A stretch of DNA of 64,000 nucleotides, from positions 62,992,001 through 63,056,000 of the forward strand of contig OX597831.1 in the NCBI GenBank assembly GCA_951406725.2. The letters are read 5' to 3'. This document shows positions 1 to 13,316 of the stretch, in pieces. A model generated the notes under the pieces. It had not been told where the DNA came from. It saw only the letters and a list, made by a program, of their open reading frames with translations, and searched no databases. The DNA is from Octopus vulgaris (Eukaryota). The position numbers and the translations under genes are program-made. Each line of letters starts with the position of its first letter. Position 1 is the first letter of the stretch.

Positions 1-123
1 AAGACCGATAGAATAAGTACTAGGCTTACAAGGAATAAGTCCTGGAGTCGATTAGTTTGACTAAAGGCGGTGCTCCAGCTTGGCCGTAGTCAAATGACTG
101 AAAGAAGTAAAAGAATAAAAGAA
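1..123 (+). mobile_element. SINE family A, 3' portion (cut by window edge)
   Basis: Matches the 3' end of the full copy at 1466-1915 (gatagaataagtact...ggtgctccagc...aaatgactgaaa...gtaaaaga tail). Confidence 0.85.
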
Positions 124-1465
124 TTGTCTTATATTTTTGCTGCAACTCTGAGTAATTGCTGTCACTAGTATATCAGTCTTCGCCAGTATAGTAATAACTT
201 ATCCTTGTAAGTCGTTGTTTCTTTTCAAAAGTTTAATAGTTTTCCTCACCACAATAAAGAAGATAAATAATGACTTCTCTGCGGCCTCTACTGCGGCTTT
301 TCATTATCAGAAACCACCTAGCTATAGATTGGGGATTATTCGGTGCCCTACAAAATGATGTTTCCTCTATTACAGAGAAGTAATTTGAAATATACGCACA
401 CAGCCTACATTTCGTCACTCTGAATAAGAACATAATTTCATTCGCATATAAGAAGGACTTCAGGTTTTAAGAATCCTCGGATTCTGTGTTGGAACAATAG
501 CTTTTCGCAAATTTTCTAATACATCTTCTGATTTACCGGTCTCTTAGCAAAAGTGAGGACCGTAATCTATATTGTCACGCGTCTCCAAATATTACAAACA
601 CATTTGCAAACCAGAACCTTGTCGGCAAAAAAATGATTTAGAATGGGCAAGTGAATGTAAGTGCCTCATTTGCCAACTTTCTCACTATTACGGATGTCTA
701 ATTTCATGAAATTCTTTTATTTTTCTTAATGGTTTACAGGCATTCATTGTTAAATGTATAGTTTTCCATTGCATCAACACCAATGTTACAATTCAAATAC
801 GTATATATCTCCTAAATGTACTTTCTGTAGTCACTGAGCGGCGTATGGTAAAAAAAGGTGACAGACGTAATATAAGATGTTGGAAATAAAAAGTTATTTT
901 ATATTTCAAATTTAGATTTATCGTATTAATTTCAAGTTTGAAATGTTTAAGGTAAGAGGTAACAAGCATGACATTTAAAGAAACAGCAATTTTTGTTTTT
1001 CATCAGTAAAACATCACAGCAGTAGAGCTGTAGAATGTTCCAAATGTGTCGTGATGACAAACGTTTTCTGAATCGAATCGAATATTTAACATTAGATAAT
1101 TTGGTTTCGTTGAAGAAAAATAGAATTGCATTATTGACTGAAGAACAATACCAACTGTGTAAATGTGGTGACAGTTTAAACTCTTGGGTATCGTTGAAAG
1201 ATCCAAGACATTTGATTCCGAAAATTATACATTTCAGAAAGTGTCATTTTCTTAAACTCAGCGATGGAGATATTTAAGATATAACACAAGTAAAAAGAAA
1301 ATTTATTACACCTTAATTTTCACGCTGCTCTTATCACTTATTAAACCTATTACATTAAAATGTTGGTAAACTACATTTTTTTACCTACTAGAGAGAATTA
1401 GAGAGAAATTGAATTACAAGCTTAAGCTTATTTTATGTAATTCTTGAAAGCTGGGCCTCTGTGGA

Positions 1466-1632
1466 TAGGAGTGGCTGTGTGGTAAGTAGCTTGCTAACCA
1501 ACCACATGGTTCCGGGTTCAATCCCACTGCGTGGCTTCTTGGGCAAGTGTCTTCTGCTATAGCCTCGGGCCGACCAATGCCTTGTGAGTGGATTTGGTAG
1601 ACGGAAACTGAAAGAAGCCTGTCGTATATATG

Positions 1633-1697
<65 letters not shown>

Positions 1698-1915
1698 ATT
1701 TTGTGTGTCTGTGTTTGTCCCCCTAGCATTGCTTGACAACCGATGCTGGTGTGTTTACGTCCCCGTCACTTAGCGTTTCGGCAAAAGAGACAGATAGAAT
1801 AAGTACTGGGCTTACAAAGAATAAGTCCCGGGGTCGAGTTGCTCGACTAAATGTGGTGCTCCAGCATGGCCGCAGTTAAATGACTGAAACAAGTAAAAGA
1901 GTAAAAGAGAGTAAA
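1466..1915 (+). mobile_element. tRNA-derived SINE family A, full length, with internal (TA)n(TG)n microsatellite
   Basis: A-box-like tggctgtgtggt and B-box ggttcaatccc; (gtaaaaga)n tail; at least 8 related copies in the window. Confidence 0.9.
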
Positions 1916-2749
1916 TAAGATTGTGAATTATTGTTTTGTTAGTATATATCTGCTTTAGCGCTCTACTTTACCTTTATAACACCTATCACATAGCCGATCA
2001 GTACAAATATAATCCGACGTTTCGCAATACAAACTTTGATGACGATATATTTGAACCAACTTTTAAAGTGTTAACTGGAAACACGTCTGATAAAATTTAA
2101 TTTATTTGCTGCCTAATTTATCAGTATGCTCGAGTGTTTTTTCGACACACGGTACCATTCATCATTACCATAACTACTAAAGGGAGACTGAACTTGAACA
2201 AAAGAATGGTGGTATGAGCGTTCAGTAATTTGTATTCACAAGACAGCATTACTATATCATTTTAGTAAATAGCTAGAATACAGTTAAAACACAAAGTAGT
2301 CACTTTTGAAATTATTGATGAAAGATGCAGTTAAGTAGCGACTACAGTTTTCCCGTATTTTTTGTTTCAGGAATTCACGTTAACCATGTTAAAGCAATTA
2401 TTTTCAGTTATTCTATTTTCAAAGTGGTATTTTTTTCCTCCATCTGAAACCTTCTAAATAGTGAGTCCATACACATCTGAGTTAGCTTTCCCGTCTGTAG
2501 CATTTACGTTACTCACACCTTATATTTATGTCGATCAAATATACGACATATATACGTCTCATCTCCATGTGTGTGTAAGCCATATAGGTGTCACTGTGGA
2601 CATAATATCGACAAGGTTTGACTGCACTCGCCCTCGTGACAGGATGAGTGAGGACCAAGCCTGTGGAAATAGCTCCCGGATATGGAGTGACTGATGCAAC
2701 AAATATTACTGGTTGCTCTTCACAGCGTCGCTTCTGCCACTTTTAGCTG

Positions 2750-3128
2750 AGGTGGTCCGAAAATCTTGTCACCCCCCACCACTACCATTACCGAAAAGTA
2801 CTAAGAAAAATACAGGAGCAATATAATAATATCAAACACATGTACTGGTTTTTGTGTATTCACTTTCATTGACACTGACACTGTTACACATTGAGAAGGC
2901 CTGTATGAGCACCGAGAGCTTCGTAAAATATCACACAGGACATGGCGCCGCATCACGTTGTGCCACGAAAATGATGGTATTCATACAGACCTTCTCGGTG
3001 TGTGACAGTCTCAGTGTCAATCAAAGTGAATATACTAAAACCAGTACACGTGTTTGATATTATTATATTGTCCCTCTATTGTTCTTAGTACTTTTCGGTA
3101 CGGGATGACAAGACTTTCGGACCACCCT
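2750..3128. mobile_element. Foldback MITE, Tc1/mariner-like ends
   Basis: About 150-bp imperfect inverted arms (ggtggtccgaaa...tgtatga / tcataca...tttcggaccacc) around a spacer of about 60 bp; the right end reads ...ccacccTA. Confidence 0.75.
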
Positions 3129-3522
3129 ATACCTAAAAGAGAATGTAAAGTTTGCATTTGTATTTCACTTTTGTCATTTGTTTACATATTTATGTGCGTT
3201 TCTTATACTTTGTTTTAACTTCTCTCTTAGCAAATAAAGTTAAACCCTTATTGCATTCGAACAGAAACCAAAGTTAAAGTAGGAATATCTGTCGCTTCCG
3301 TCTTTCGTTCATTTGACTATTTAACTAGGTCACCTACTTTTGACAGTATTAGAATAAGCGTGTGTGGAAATGGAAATAATTAGGTGGAGGAAACTGTAGG
3401 CAATGAGGTGCAAACAATATGACTGCTTTGGCCTGCCTCAACTCGGTTTCACACACACGAAAGTTGAATCTGGATGTATGAATAGTTTGTTTTTTTTATT
3501 AACAACGATGTAAACGCATTGT

Positions 3523-3925
3523 GGATATTTTCGGTTTGACCGGCAGTTGTTTAAAATAATTTCCACGTAACTAAACACTTTTAAACTTCGTGTACTGGTA
3601 GAATGTGTTTATTGGCTTTATTGAGAAAATTCCATAGTTTGTAAGATATTTGTTGTTGTTTTTTCTGCAATTTCTGCAATTTCAACCAATCAATGACGTC
3701 TATTGGGGTGAAAACATTCTGTGCCGTATGAATATGTCCCTCGTTTAAGAAACAGATTGGGTTTATTTCCATTACTGAAGAAAAAAATATACCCTTCCCC
3801 CCACCCCTAACCCTAACCCTAAAACAGATTGAAATGTAATAGATCGATATACTAGGGTCATAATTATGGGGGACAATTTCATATGACACCGCTAGAAAAA
3901 ACTGCCGGTCAAACCGATAGGATCC
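3523..3925. mobile_element. MITE with GG...CC termini and 8-bp TSD (Merlin-like)
   Basis: TIRs ggatattttcggtttgaccggcagtt / aactgccggtcaaaccgataggatcc; CGCATTGT duplicated at 3515-3522 and 3926-3933; second copy at 40677-41104. Confidence 0.8.
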
Positions 3926-4859
3926 CGCATTGTAAATAATAACCGCATCACATTGCAATACTGATTTTTTTCCCTGATCATCAAAGTAGCATGGACCTTA
4001 GGTAATATTTAAATGGTTAACAGACTGTGAAACCTAAGTACTGTAAGCGCAAAAAAATTAGAATGCGCTTACATGGTAATGTGGTAAAGGATTTAACACC
4101 CTAACTATATAGAGCAACGTCGATAAAAGTGGGCGGGTGTATGGAACAAATGCGTTGATTCTATATGTTCAAGTGCCCGTGGTGAGCAAAAACAATGAGA
4201 GTAACACTTGGTATGCACCAATAGGTCCAGAAGCCTTTTTATTACATTTATACATGCTTTTATATATACATATAATCACATACTAGAGAAAAATACGTAA
4301 CCTGATACGGTAGCCACACGCTTGTGTGGTGTGTGCGTGTGTGTATTTATGTATATGATTATATAGATACATACACACCAACACACACACACAAACACAT
4401 TCTTTTACTATTTTATACGTTTCAGCACTAAGGGTGTTGGCATACTGGGGCACGTATACATCTAAATACATATATAAGATTTTTTTTAAAATATATAAAC
4501 ACACGCGCACAGATACATAATGACACACGCACACGAACACAGAAATGCTCATATAAAGTGGAACAGTAAATTAGACGAAATTAAATGTTTAAATTAAATC
4601 AAAATGATTAATAAATTTGACGGTTGCCAACAACTATAGTTAATTTGCCATCTGTAATTGTTCTGGTGTTTGCTATAAATATTAATGAAAGGTATCGAAT
4701 ACTGTGTGTGCGCGCGCCCACACACAAACACAGACATACACACACTCACATACACACGCACTCACACACACACACATGCACACGCATACACACAGATGCA
4801 CACATACGTGCGTGTGTGCGGGAGTCTCTGTGTGTGTATTTGCTATGAACAGTGTCCAC

Positions 4860-5600
4860 CCATCCACCCCGGTATCCAGGGTTGGGTTTATGGATTTGGG
4901 GAAGGAAATAGATGGGGGAGGCGTAGGGAGATTCGACATTGTGGTTGGTGACAACAGTGGGAAGGGCAAAAGACGAGTAAAAATGAGGTCTCGGATGGTG
5001 CATGACACGCGCTGCTGGTAGATGGGGGTTCGATAGGAGGGCAGGAGGTGATAGAAAACTCGGTCACGAAGCTGTTGGAATGCTTTCTCCATATAAATGT
5101 CAGCATTCCACACCATTACAGCTCCAATTTTCTGAGCTAGTTTGGTAATGATGGCGACCCGAGGATGGAGGTTGCGGAGGGCTGAGAATTTGGCACGAGA
5201 GATATTTTGCACGGCAGGATCATTTCTTAAAATGAAAGCAATTGACTATGATTGCTGCATGCGTTCACAAACAAATCTAGGCTGCTAAGGCGGACTGAGA
5301 GGGCGCCCAGTTAGATGGACGACAGCTCAGAAGTCATCCTGATTGTTTTGGGGCTGTGTAGTGCCATGAAAGAAGGCGCGCAGTTTTGTGAGGCTAGGTT
5401 TGGGCTAGGTGGGGGCACGACGGAGAGAAGGGAGAATGGGTTGAGGTGGAGAAAAGGCCAGGCTGTTGGTGCCTTGCAAACTTTGGGGCAAAAGGAAAAT
5501 GTTGAGGATTCAGTTTGCTTGTCTGCTTGTAGATTATTTACTATGTGTTTTCGTGAGTGGACGGCAAGACATGCTTTGTTTCGTGTCACAAAACCACAGT
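4860..5600 (-). pseudogene. Penelope-like element reverse transcriptase N-terminal fragment (decayed)
   Basis: NISRAKFSALRNL...IITKLAQKIGAVMVWNADIYMEKAFQQLRD resembles the PLE motif NLS...IKPADKGGAVVVW...Y..EA.RQL.D; a shifted frame gives IYFLPQIHKPNPG (FYLLPKIHK motif). Confidence 0.8.
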
Positions 5601-5637
5601 GACAGGTAAGATTTCTATTTAGAGGAGCAGAGATTTG

Positions 5638-6130
5638 TCAGCATGCTTTCATGCTTGCACGAAGCTGCTCCCGATGATGGATTCGACTTTGCTCAAATAT
5701 TTGAACTGGCGAGATGAGTTGGCGCCAGGTCCTGCGTTCTAATCCTTTGTTTTCCCAGGAAGAAAGGGGAATCGTACATCGCTTCAGATTGTCTTTTAGT
5801 TTGTCTTTGAAGCCTTTCAACTGACCTTCCTGTTGGGGATTACCAATAGAGAAGTGACTTCGGAATTCGGATATCACACGTATGGCCTGATCATCTAGGC
5901 TGTATTTTATGAGGATGACATCAATACCTGATATGCTACATTTTTTAGTACTTCACTGTTATGAACATGGTCACTCGGTTTTCTGTTGCAGATAGTAGCC
6001 AGGCATCGCATATGAAAACTGTCAAGCTGGTTGATGTGTTTTCGGTACAGGGTCCAAGATTCAGCACCATAAAGCAATGTTGTCAAGACCACCGACTTAT
6101 ACGCATTGATTTTCATGTTCACGTATTTGA
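5638..6130 (-). pseudogene. RTE-clade LINE, C-terminal ORF fragment
   Basis: KINAYKSVVLTTLLYGAESWTLYRKHINQLDSFHMRCL and GQLKGFKDKLKDNLK...WENKGLERRTWR, typical of the RTE/BovB post-RT region; frameshifted. Confidence 0.85.
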
Positions 6131-6139
6131 AGCAGATAA

Positions 6140-6600
6140 AGAGAGGTGTTTCCAATGAGTCAAACTGATGAGGCCAACCCTCATCCTGAATTAGGAAACG
6201 TTCAAAGAAACCCGTTGAAGTTGCATGAAACCAAGTCAGATTTTCTTGTGATATAATCATCTTGGTACATGTTTGATTGGGTTTCGGAAGACATAGAACC
6301 CACTGATGGGAAACCTTCCTGAAGCCAAGTACATTGTACAGAATATTGGCAACTTTCTCACGGTCACACTATATGCTTATTTGATGGTTATTTGATTTAT
6401 TGTCAATTGTCTGTCGTCCATCACCACGTGGTGAACACGACCAAGGTGTTCCTTATTGGTAGCAGTTGCAGGACATCGGGTCATCTTCAGGACTTTCCCT
6501 TCCCGTCCTAAATTCAACTTCCCACATTGCACGATTCAGTAAGCTGTAGCAAGCATGTCAGGGGCAGGTTCTTGATAACAGCAAGATGTCAAATTTTGTC
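6140..6600 (-). pseudogene. mariner transposase N-terminal/central fragment
   Basis: Across frameshifts: GRESPEDDP, VVMDDRQLTINQI, LGFRKVSHQWV (WVP motif), FFERFLIQDEGWPHQFD (T.DE.W motif). Confidence 0.75.
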
Positions 6601-6788
6601 TATTTTCAAGGGAAGTAGCTACTAGTTACTTTTGCAGATTTCAGTTTGCCTGGAACGAAACAATGCAGTTATTAATAAGGATCGTTCAAATTAATGCATG
6701 CAAGATTTCACAGCTCTGGCATCACTCCTTCAGAGTCAGACTTTGAACTTTTCAACTCACTCTTGTATATATAGTCGCAGGCGACACA

Positions 6789-6827
<39 letters not shown>

Positions 6828-6875
6828 ACTCACACACACACACACACACACACAAACATATATATACACATATAA

Positions 6876-7106
6876 GGCGGCGAGCTGGCAGAAACGTAAG
6901 CACGCCGGGCGAAATGCTTAGCGGTGTTTCGTCTGTCGTTACGTTCTGAGTTCAAATTCCGCCGCGGTCGACTTTGCCTTTCATCCTTTCGGGGTCGATA
7001 AATAAAGTACCAGTTCCGTACTGGGGTCGATGTAATCGACTTAATCTGTTTGTCTGTCCTTGTTTGTCCCTTCTATGTTTAGCCCCTTGGGGGCAGTAAA
7101 GAAATA
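6876..7106 (+). mobile_element. tRNA-derived SINE family B
   Basis: ggcggcgagctggcagaa head, B-box gagttcaaattcc, central gcctttcatcctttcggggtcgataaa...agtaccag domain (resembles widely shared SINE central domains), ends aaagaaata; many copies. Confidence 0.9.
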
Positions 7107-7737
7107 TATACATATATATATATACACATATATTTTGGCGATATGATCTGTCACAGAATGTGATTGAAAACCACATTTCTATACTGCAAGGCGGAATCTC
7201 CATGACCATATACGTATGCTTGCCCATCTTATAAAAAGGGCTGGACATTGACAGCTGAAATCAATGGACGAAGATAAATGATGAGTAAGAAAGTTATTTC
7301 GAACAGTGCCTACCACTGATTTATTTCTGTCACTTCTATTAACAGAACATTCAGACATCAATATTGATGGTATCCGGGAAAAAAAGAGAATTCGTCCGGT
7401 AACGAGCGCGGATTTTTAGTCAAACCATAATTCAGCAATTGAGAATTCTGTTGTATCACTTCAAACAACTCCTGATAAATATAGATACAAACAAAATAAT
7501 AGATCTATGAGAATATAACAGAAGTTCAATATGCGCTCTACATATTTGCTATTTACTACTATTTGTTAGCTCTGAACCATCTCCCGATAGTATCTATTTG
7601 AAAAAAATATATATACATAATTTTTTTTCATACAAACTCTAAATGTCAGAATCGTTAATTTTAACAAACTGAAGGTTAAGTAATGGAGATCCTGTTACCA
7701 ATGCAGATGTGATTCCGTGCCATCACCTCTCTCTTTG

Positions 7738-7784
<47 letters not shown>

Positions 7785-7851
7785 CTCTCTATCTCTCTAT
7801 CTCTCTCTTTATCTCTCTCTCTCCTTCTCTCTCTCGCTCGCGCTCTCTCCG

Positions 7852-7904
<53 letters not shown>

Positions 7905-8406
7905 CACTCTTTCACTCTCTCACTCACGGTTATAAGTACGTATGTTCCTATGCACATACACATACATGCTGGCATACATACTTTCATTTATATATGTGTG
8001 TGTGTATGTATGTATATATGTAAGTATACATATGTATATAATTATATAAATGCATATGTTTATGTACATATGTGTTGCGTGTGCGTGTTAATGCTTGGAT
8101 ATATAGGTAGACAAAGAAAAAGAGAGAGGAAGAAGGTGTGAGAGAGATGCACATGAACTAATATTTCACCTGTGACTGCATAACGACTCACCAGGTAGTC
8201 ACTGCAATGAACTTAAGTAAATATAATTCGAACAGTAAGAATGAACTTTATAGTGACTAAATATAGATAATACGGGATAATACCACAGGTCACATAGCGG
8301 GACATCTTCGTAGATTTCAAAGAATAATCGACACGACATTCGCGTTAACACTGTAAATACCTACTCATTCATTTAGCCACACAGAACACACAAGCACACA
8401 CACATA

Positions 8407-8518
<112 letters not shown>

Positions 8519-8520
8519 CG

Positions 8521-8787
8521 TAGGAGTGGCTGTGTGGTAAGTAGCTTGTTTACCAACGACATGGTTCCGAGTTCAGTCCCACTGCGTGGCACCTTGGGCA
8601 AGTGTCTTCTACTATAGCCTCGGGCCGACCAAAGCCTTGTGAGTGGATTTGGTAGACGAAAACTTAAAGAAGCCCGTCCTATATATGTATATATATATAT
8701 ATGTGTGTGTGTACATATGTTTGTGTGTCTGAGTTTGTTCCCCCCCCCCCAACATCGCTTGACATCTGATGCTGGTGTATATGTCCC
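8521..8787 (+). mobile_element. SINE family A, 3'-truncated
   Basis: Co-linear with 1466-1765, then switches to family C-type sequence. Confidence 0.85.
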
Positions 8788-8950
8788 TTCTTTCGCCCAA
8801 CTTTCTCTCAATCTCTCTTCCTGTTTCTTGAGTAACACTGCGATGGACTGGCGTCCCGTCCAGCTGGGGGAACACATACGCGACAGAAACCAGGAAACCA
8901 GGAAACCGAGTCCATGAGCCTGGCTAGTCTTGAAATGGGCGCATAAAAAA
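8788..8950 (+). mobile_element. SINE family C body with alternative tail T3 (5'-truncated)
   Basis: caactttctctca..tcttcctgtttct shared with family C, then ctgcgatggactggcgtcccgtccag... and an A-rich end. Confidence 0.6.
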
Positions 8951-9192
8951 ATATTTATTTCTGAACTGGTTTGAGAAGAGAGTCTATAATATTCCACCTG
9001 GGTGTTTAACGTCTCTAGAGTAGCGGCCAATTAAGCCAGGATTCTATTGTTATGGGAGTGCCGGGAGCAATTTGAACTACATTGTATGAGATCTTTTAGC
9101 TAACTAATATAGATGAAATAACTATAGCCACTAATTAGGTTAGTGATTATAACCACTATGTTGGTTATATATATATACATATGTGTATATAA

Positions 9193-9228
<36 letters not shown>

Positions 9229-9277
9229 GGAAAAAATGTCAAGATAGAAAATGGTAAAATAATTTTATAAAAATCAT

Positions 9278-9316
9278 TTCAGTACCGGTTTCAGTCATTG
9301 AGACTTTTTCAACTCT
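9278..9316 (-). ncRNA. Minimal type I hammerhead ribozyme motif, U3-A8 core variant
   Basis: Minus strand: ag-UUGAAAA-AGUC ucaau GACU-GAAA-CCGG-UA-cug; palindromic stem III ACCGGU; stem I short or decayed; lies in a ~190-bp island between (TA)n tracts. Confidence 0.6.
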
Positions 9317-10606
9317 AACAATTAAATAATTAAATTTAGAAAAATTAAAAGAGAAGTTTTTTTAAAAGAATAATTGTATAGTGTGCAAATACAAGTGGCA
9401 TTTTCCCTGTTTCTGCCTCATATATATATATATATATATATATGAGACCAAAATGTACGCACGCCAATATATATATATATATATATATATAATTGTATTA
9501 GATGCAGATATGAATTGCAATAGTGTAAAAGGTGAGGATTAAAAAAACGTAAGTAAATATATAGTACTACAAATCAATAGGAAAATTACTGAGTAGAAAT
9601 AAATGAGTCAGTGGAGACTATTCTATCCCAAACAATATAATGATCCATTGTCATGGTAATGGGAGTTATTATCGCAAATATCCTACAGTTCTCCAATTCA
9701 CGGCATAAAGTCGTAAATTAAGCCGTAAAAATTCTTGCTATAGAGAGAAAGAGTGAAAGGAATTTAGCTGAATATATAGCTATTATAGAGTAAGAATCCC
9801 CGTGAAAAAGTAGTATGACTTTCAAATAAACTATCAATACTGTGAATATGGTGTGGCAGAGTTGACCCAGTTCATGAAGCGAGAGAAAGTTATAGTTTGG
9901 ATAAGGCTGTTGAATATATATGTTGCGGCAGTGTAAGAAGAGTAAGTAGAAGAAAGATCGTTGAGCAGATAGCTAGCATGTTTATAAACCGTCCTAATCA
10001 ACCTATTGTAATATGTTCGGGCGATCATGAATTACATGCATATATGCACATAATTACATAAATATGTATGTATGCATGTACACAGACAAAGACAAACAAA
10101 AGAAGTAATACATGTGCAATATATCTAATCGTTAAATTATCATTTCTGAAACTTAAAATCGAACTCATCAATCCGGTGTTATTCATTGTAACTTCTAAAG
10201 AAAATTGGTGTCGAATATAATACGGTGTATTTGGCATGGTAGATAATGAAAGAAGAAACAAAGAGTGGTGTTGTATGTAATCGATAATTTCAATATTAAA
10301 TTGATTAACTGCGTTTATAAATCAATGCTACAGTTTCGAAAATAGTTTACATAACATTTCATCAATATCCACATAAAGCTATTTCTCCATATATAGCCGC
10401 GGTAGTTATTTGGTAGTGAGTGCTATCTCCTTTCGCATTTCATATTCTTCAAAAATTTTCTGTTTATATACAGGAATAAAAAAAAAACATCATGAGACTA
10501 CATAAAGCCAAGATTAACTTCAATGCATCGCAGTCAGATACACACACTAACACACGCACACACACACACACACACGCACGCACACACACAAACACACACA
10601 CACAGA

Positions 10607-10642
<36 letters not shown>

Positions 10643-11739
10643 CATACACACACACACATACAAATTATGGGGGTTTAGTTCACGGGTGAACTAAACGATT
10701 AGGTACGCTAGGTAAGTGCTGTAACGGTAGTTATGAAGCCATTTCTAGGACGTATGTTTTCATGCATCAAAATGGTATTATTACTATAATTCATTGTGGA
10801 TTCGTTTTTCCTTTTCTTTCCTCTAATTATACAACATTCTGGAATCAGAACCTCTCAAAAGTTTTTCATATAACAGTCAACCCTACAAATGCAGCTTCAA
10901 AATCGTCTAAAAATTTCAAATTTAAAAGAATATGTACGATATAAGTCATGATATATTGTTTCTTATTTGGAAGTTGATTACTCGTATGAAATGAATTTTC
11001 TAAGAACCAAACGCTTGAGGATAACGATTCTATTTTTCATTAAGAAATCTGTCTGGCATGTCATGTACGAGTAGTTTGGATTTTATTACCACTTCATAAC
11101 ATAATACCTACGTCAAGGTAAGCGAACGAAGATTTTGTCTGTGGAAGAATTTAAAAATAGAAGCTATAGAAGTATTCATACAATCTAAACACTGGCTTTA
11201 TTACTGAAAAGGATTAACTAAATCCACTGCATGTCATTGTCTTTTATGCTGTATATCTCAGATATTATATATTTAACGAACGCAGAGAAACTTTCGTTTA
11301 CACTATTTCTAATTTTAACCTGACCTTAGGAAAACTTAGATTTATAAGAAAGAGGAAATTGTAACGTATGGTATATATTGTATTTCTAAATAAGATAATT
11401 AGAAAATGTACAACCTAAAACTAAAACCATACTGCAGGTTCTCGAGATATCTTTCCAGTTTCAATCAGATAATTAAACAAAATGTTAAACCTTGATATCA
11501 ACTCATTAAGATAGAATTAATACATGATTTATATATCGGATATCCAGTATGGAAGGTGTAACCTTCTATCTGCGAAAGGAAATTTTATGGTTATTCCTGT
11601 AATAATCTTAAATACCTAACGAAAAAGAAAAAGAATGGTGTCTTCTGCAACCCACGCTGCCTCAGTGAATTAACTAGAAGTATCTCAAGAGAAACTAATT
11701 TTAGAATGGACATTCAACAACAAAAGATTGCTACATAAG

Positions 11740-12555
11740 ATTGCTTCCCGGCGTTAAGAGTAATGAAGTTTTGAGTGGATATATCTGCTCTCTGCAGTAA
11801 AAGGGTTAAATTGGAAATATAAACAGCTGCAATGAGATAATTGTATCAACATACCTTTCAATGCTCTAGACAGAAATTTAATATACATGAAAAGGTGTTC
11901 ATGTAATGCAGAGGAGACATGAAATTAATATTTGTTATTTTCTGTTGAGAATCACTCTACGCTAGTCAATGATGATAAGCGGCTATTATCATTTTCAGAG
12001 CCTCCAGGTCAAGTGGGAAAAAGACACGCAGAGCAGAACTTGCTGAAGGTATCCGCGGGATAATTGGTAGGAGCTTAGATAGACATCAGAAGATGTCTGT
12101 CTAAGGTCACATACAGAGCTGTTAACTCAGAACAATGGGATCCAGAGATTACAACCGCTATATCGCAAACAACGGAAAGGAAAATGTGTTTCATTTTTTA
12201 CTCCTTTTGTTATTTACAGATTAAGTACTTTAAGGCAAGATGAAGAGAATTGAGGAGAGGACAGTTTATTCGCTTTTATAGGCGGCATATGTTATATAAT
12301 TACTATCTACATATGAAGTCAAAGTCAGAAGCCTCCCACAGGTTTCTGTTCAAACCAGACAGTATAATCATAATGAAGTGAGAGATAACACACATTATGG
12401 TGAGGAGAGCAACTTTAAATGATTATCGTCATACCTCGATGTATGTAGAAAAGGAGAACTTCTCTAGATACTACTTAACGAAAACATAAAAATCAAAGAA
12501 ATGTACATTTGAAATGGTTGGACGTGCCACAGTTACAATTAACAAAACTTTGGAA
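11740..12555 (+). pseudogene. Decayed Helitron PIF1-like helicase remnant
   Basis: Ordered motif remnants LLPGVKS (LLPGGRT), NALDRNL (ALDRTL) and VTINKTL (TINKSQGQTL), with many stops and frameshifts. Confidence 0.45.
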
Positions 12556-13048
12556 CTAAAATTCATACTCCACATATTCAAAGATATAGAACAACGTCGT
12601 AAGTAGATTTATTCTAAAACTTCCTTTAAATTAATATTTTCATAATATTCTTATAGATTGCTAATACATCTTACTGATAATTTTAAAAAGAAGAATTATG
12701 CAACCAAGAAGAATAGTATATGGAACATTAAAATTAAAGCACAATTAAAATTTGCATGAAAAATCGAAAGACAGGAAGCTACTTTGAATTGCATAAGAAT
12801 TATCGAGTAAAGGATATATTCACGCGTAGACATACACACATTCATACACACTTACGCACAATAAACGACTGCGTTACGCCACTCTTCTTAAGCCTCCTTT
12901 CACTCCCCGAAATAGTATGAGTATCTCTCTCAGCTGGTATATCAATTATTAAACAACGATATTTTCAAGGCCATATCGTATTTTCTTAGTATTTATTGCG
13001 TAAAAAAATATTGAAATTATTCAATCAATACAATTGCTGTGCTTGTAG

Positions 13049-13088
<40 letters not shown>

Positions 13089-13261
13089 CAATAAGGATTT
13101 TGCAACAAGTTGCTTGACCACATACCGAAAATTTTAGAAATAGCAGTCAAAGAACTACCATTTCCTTTTTCTACAAAAGATATGTCTCCACAGACAACAA
13201 TATTTGTAACTCACACAAAAAAAAGAAGAAAAATAATGAAATCAAACAGTCTTCGATCAAT

Positions 13262-13316
13262 TATGGTCATACGTTTCTGGATTAGAATCATGAGATTCAT
13301 TTCCTTCATCGACATA
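13262..13316 (-). ncRNA. Decayed type I hammerhead-like motif
   Basis: Minus: uaug-UCGAUGA-aGGA aau GAAUC ucau GAUUC uaa UCCa-GAAA-CG-UA-ugaccaua; 5' core damaged. Confidence 0.4.

Noticed and set aside
1035-1277. 80-aa ATG ORF
   Set aside because: No recognisable motif or splice context; expected by chance.
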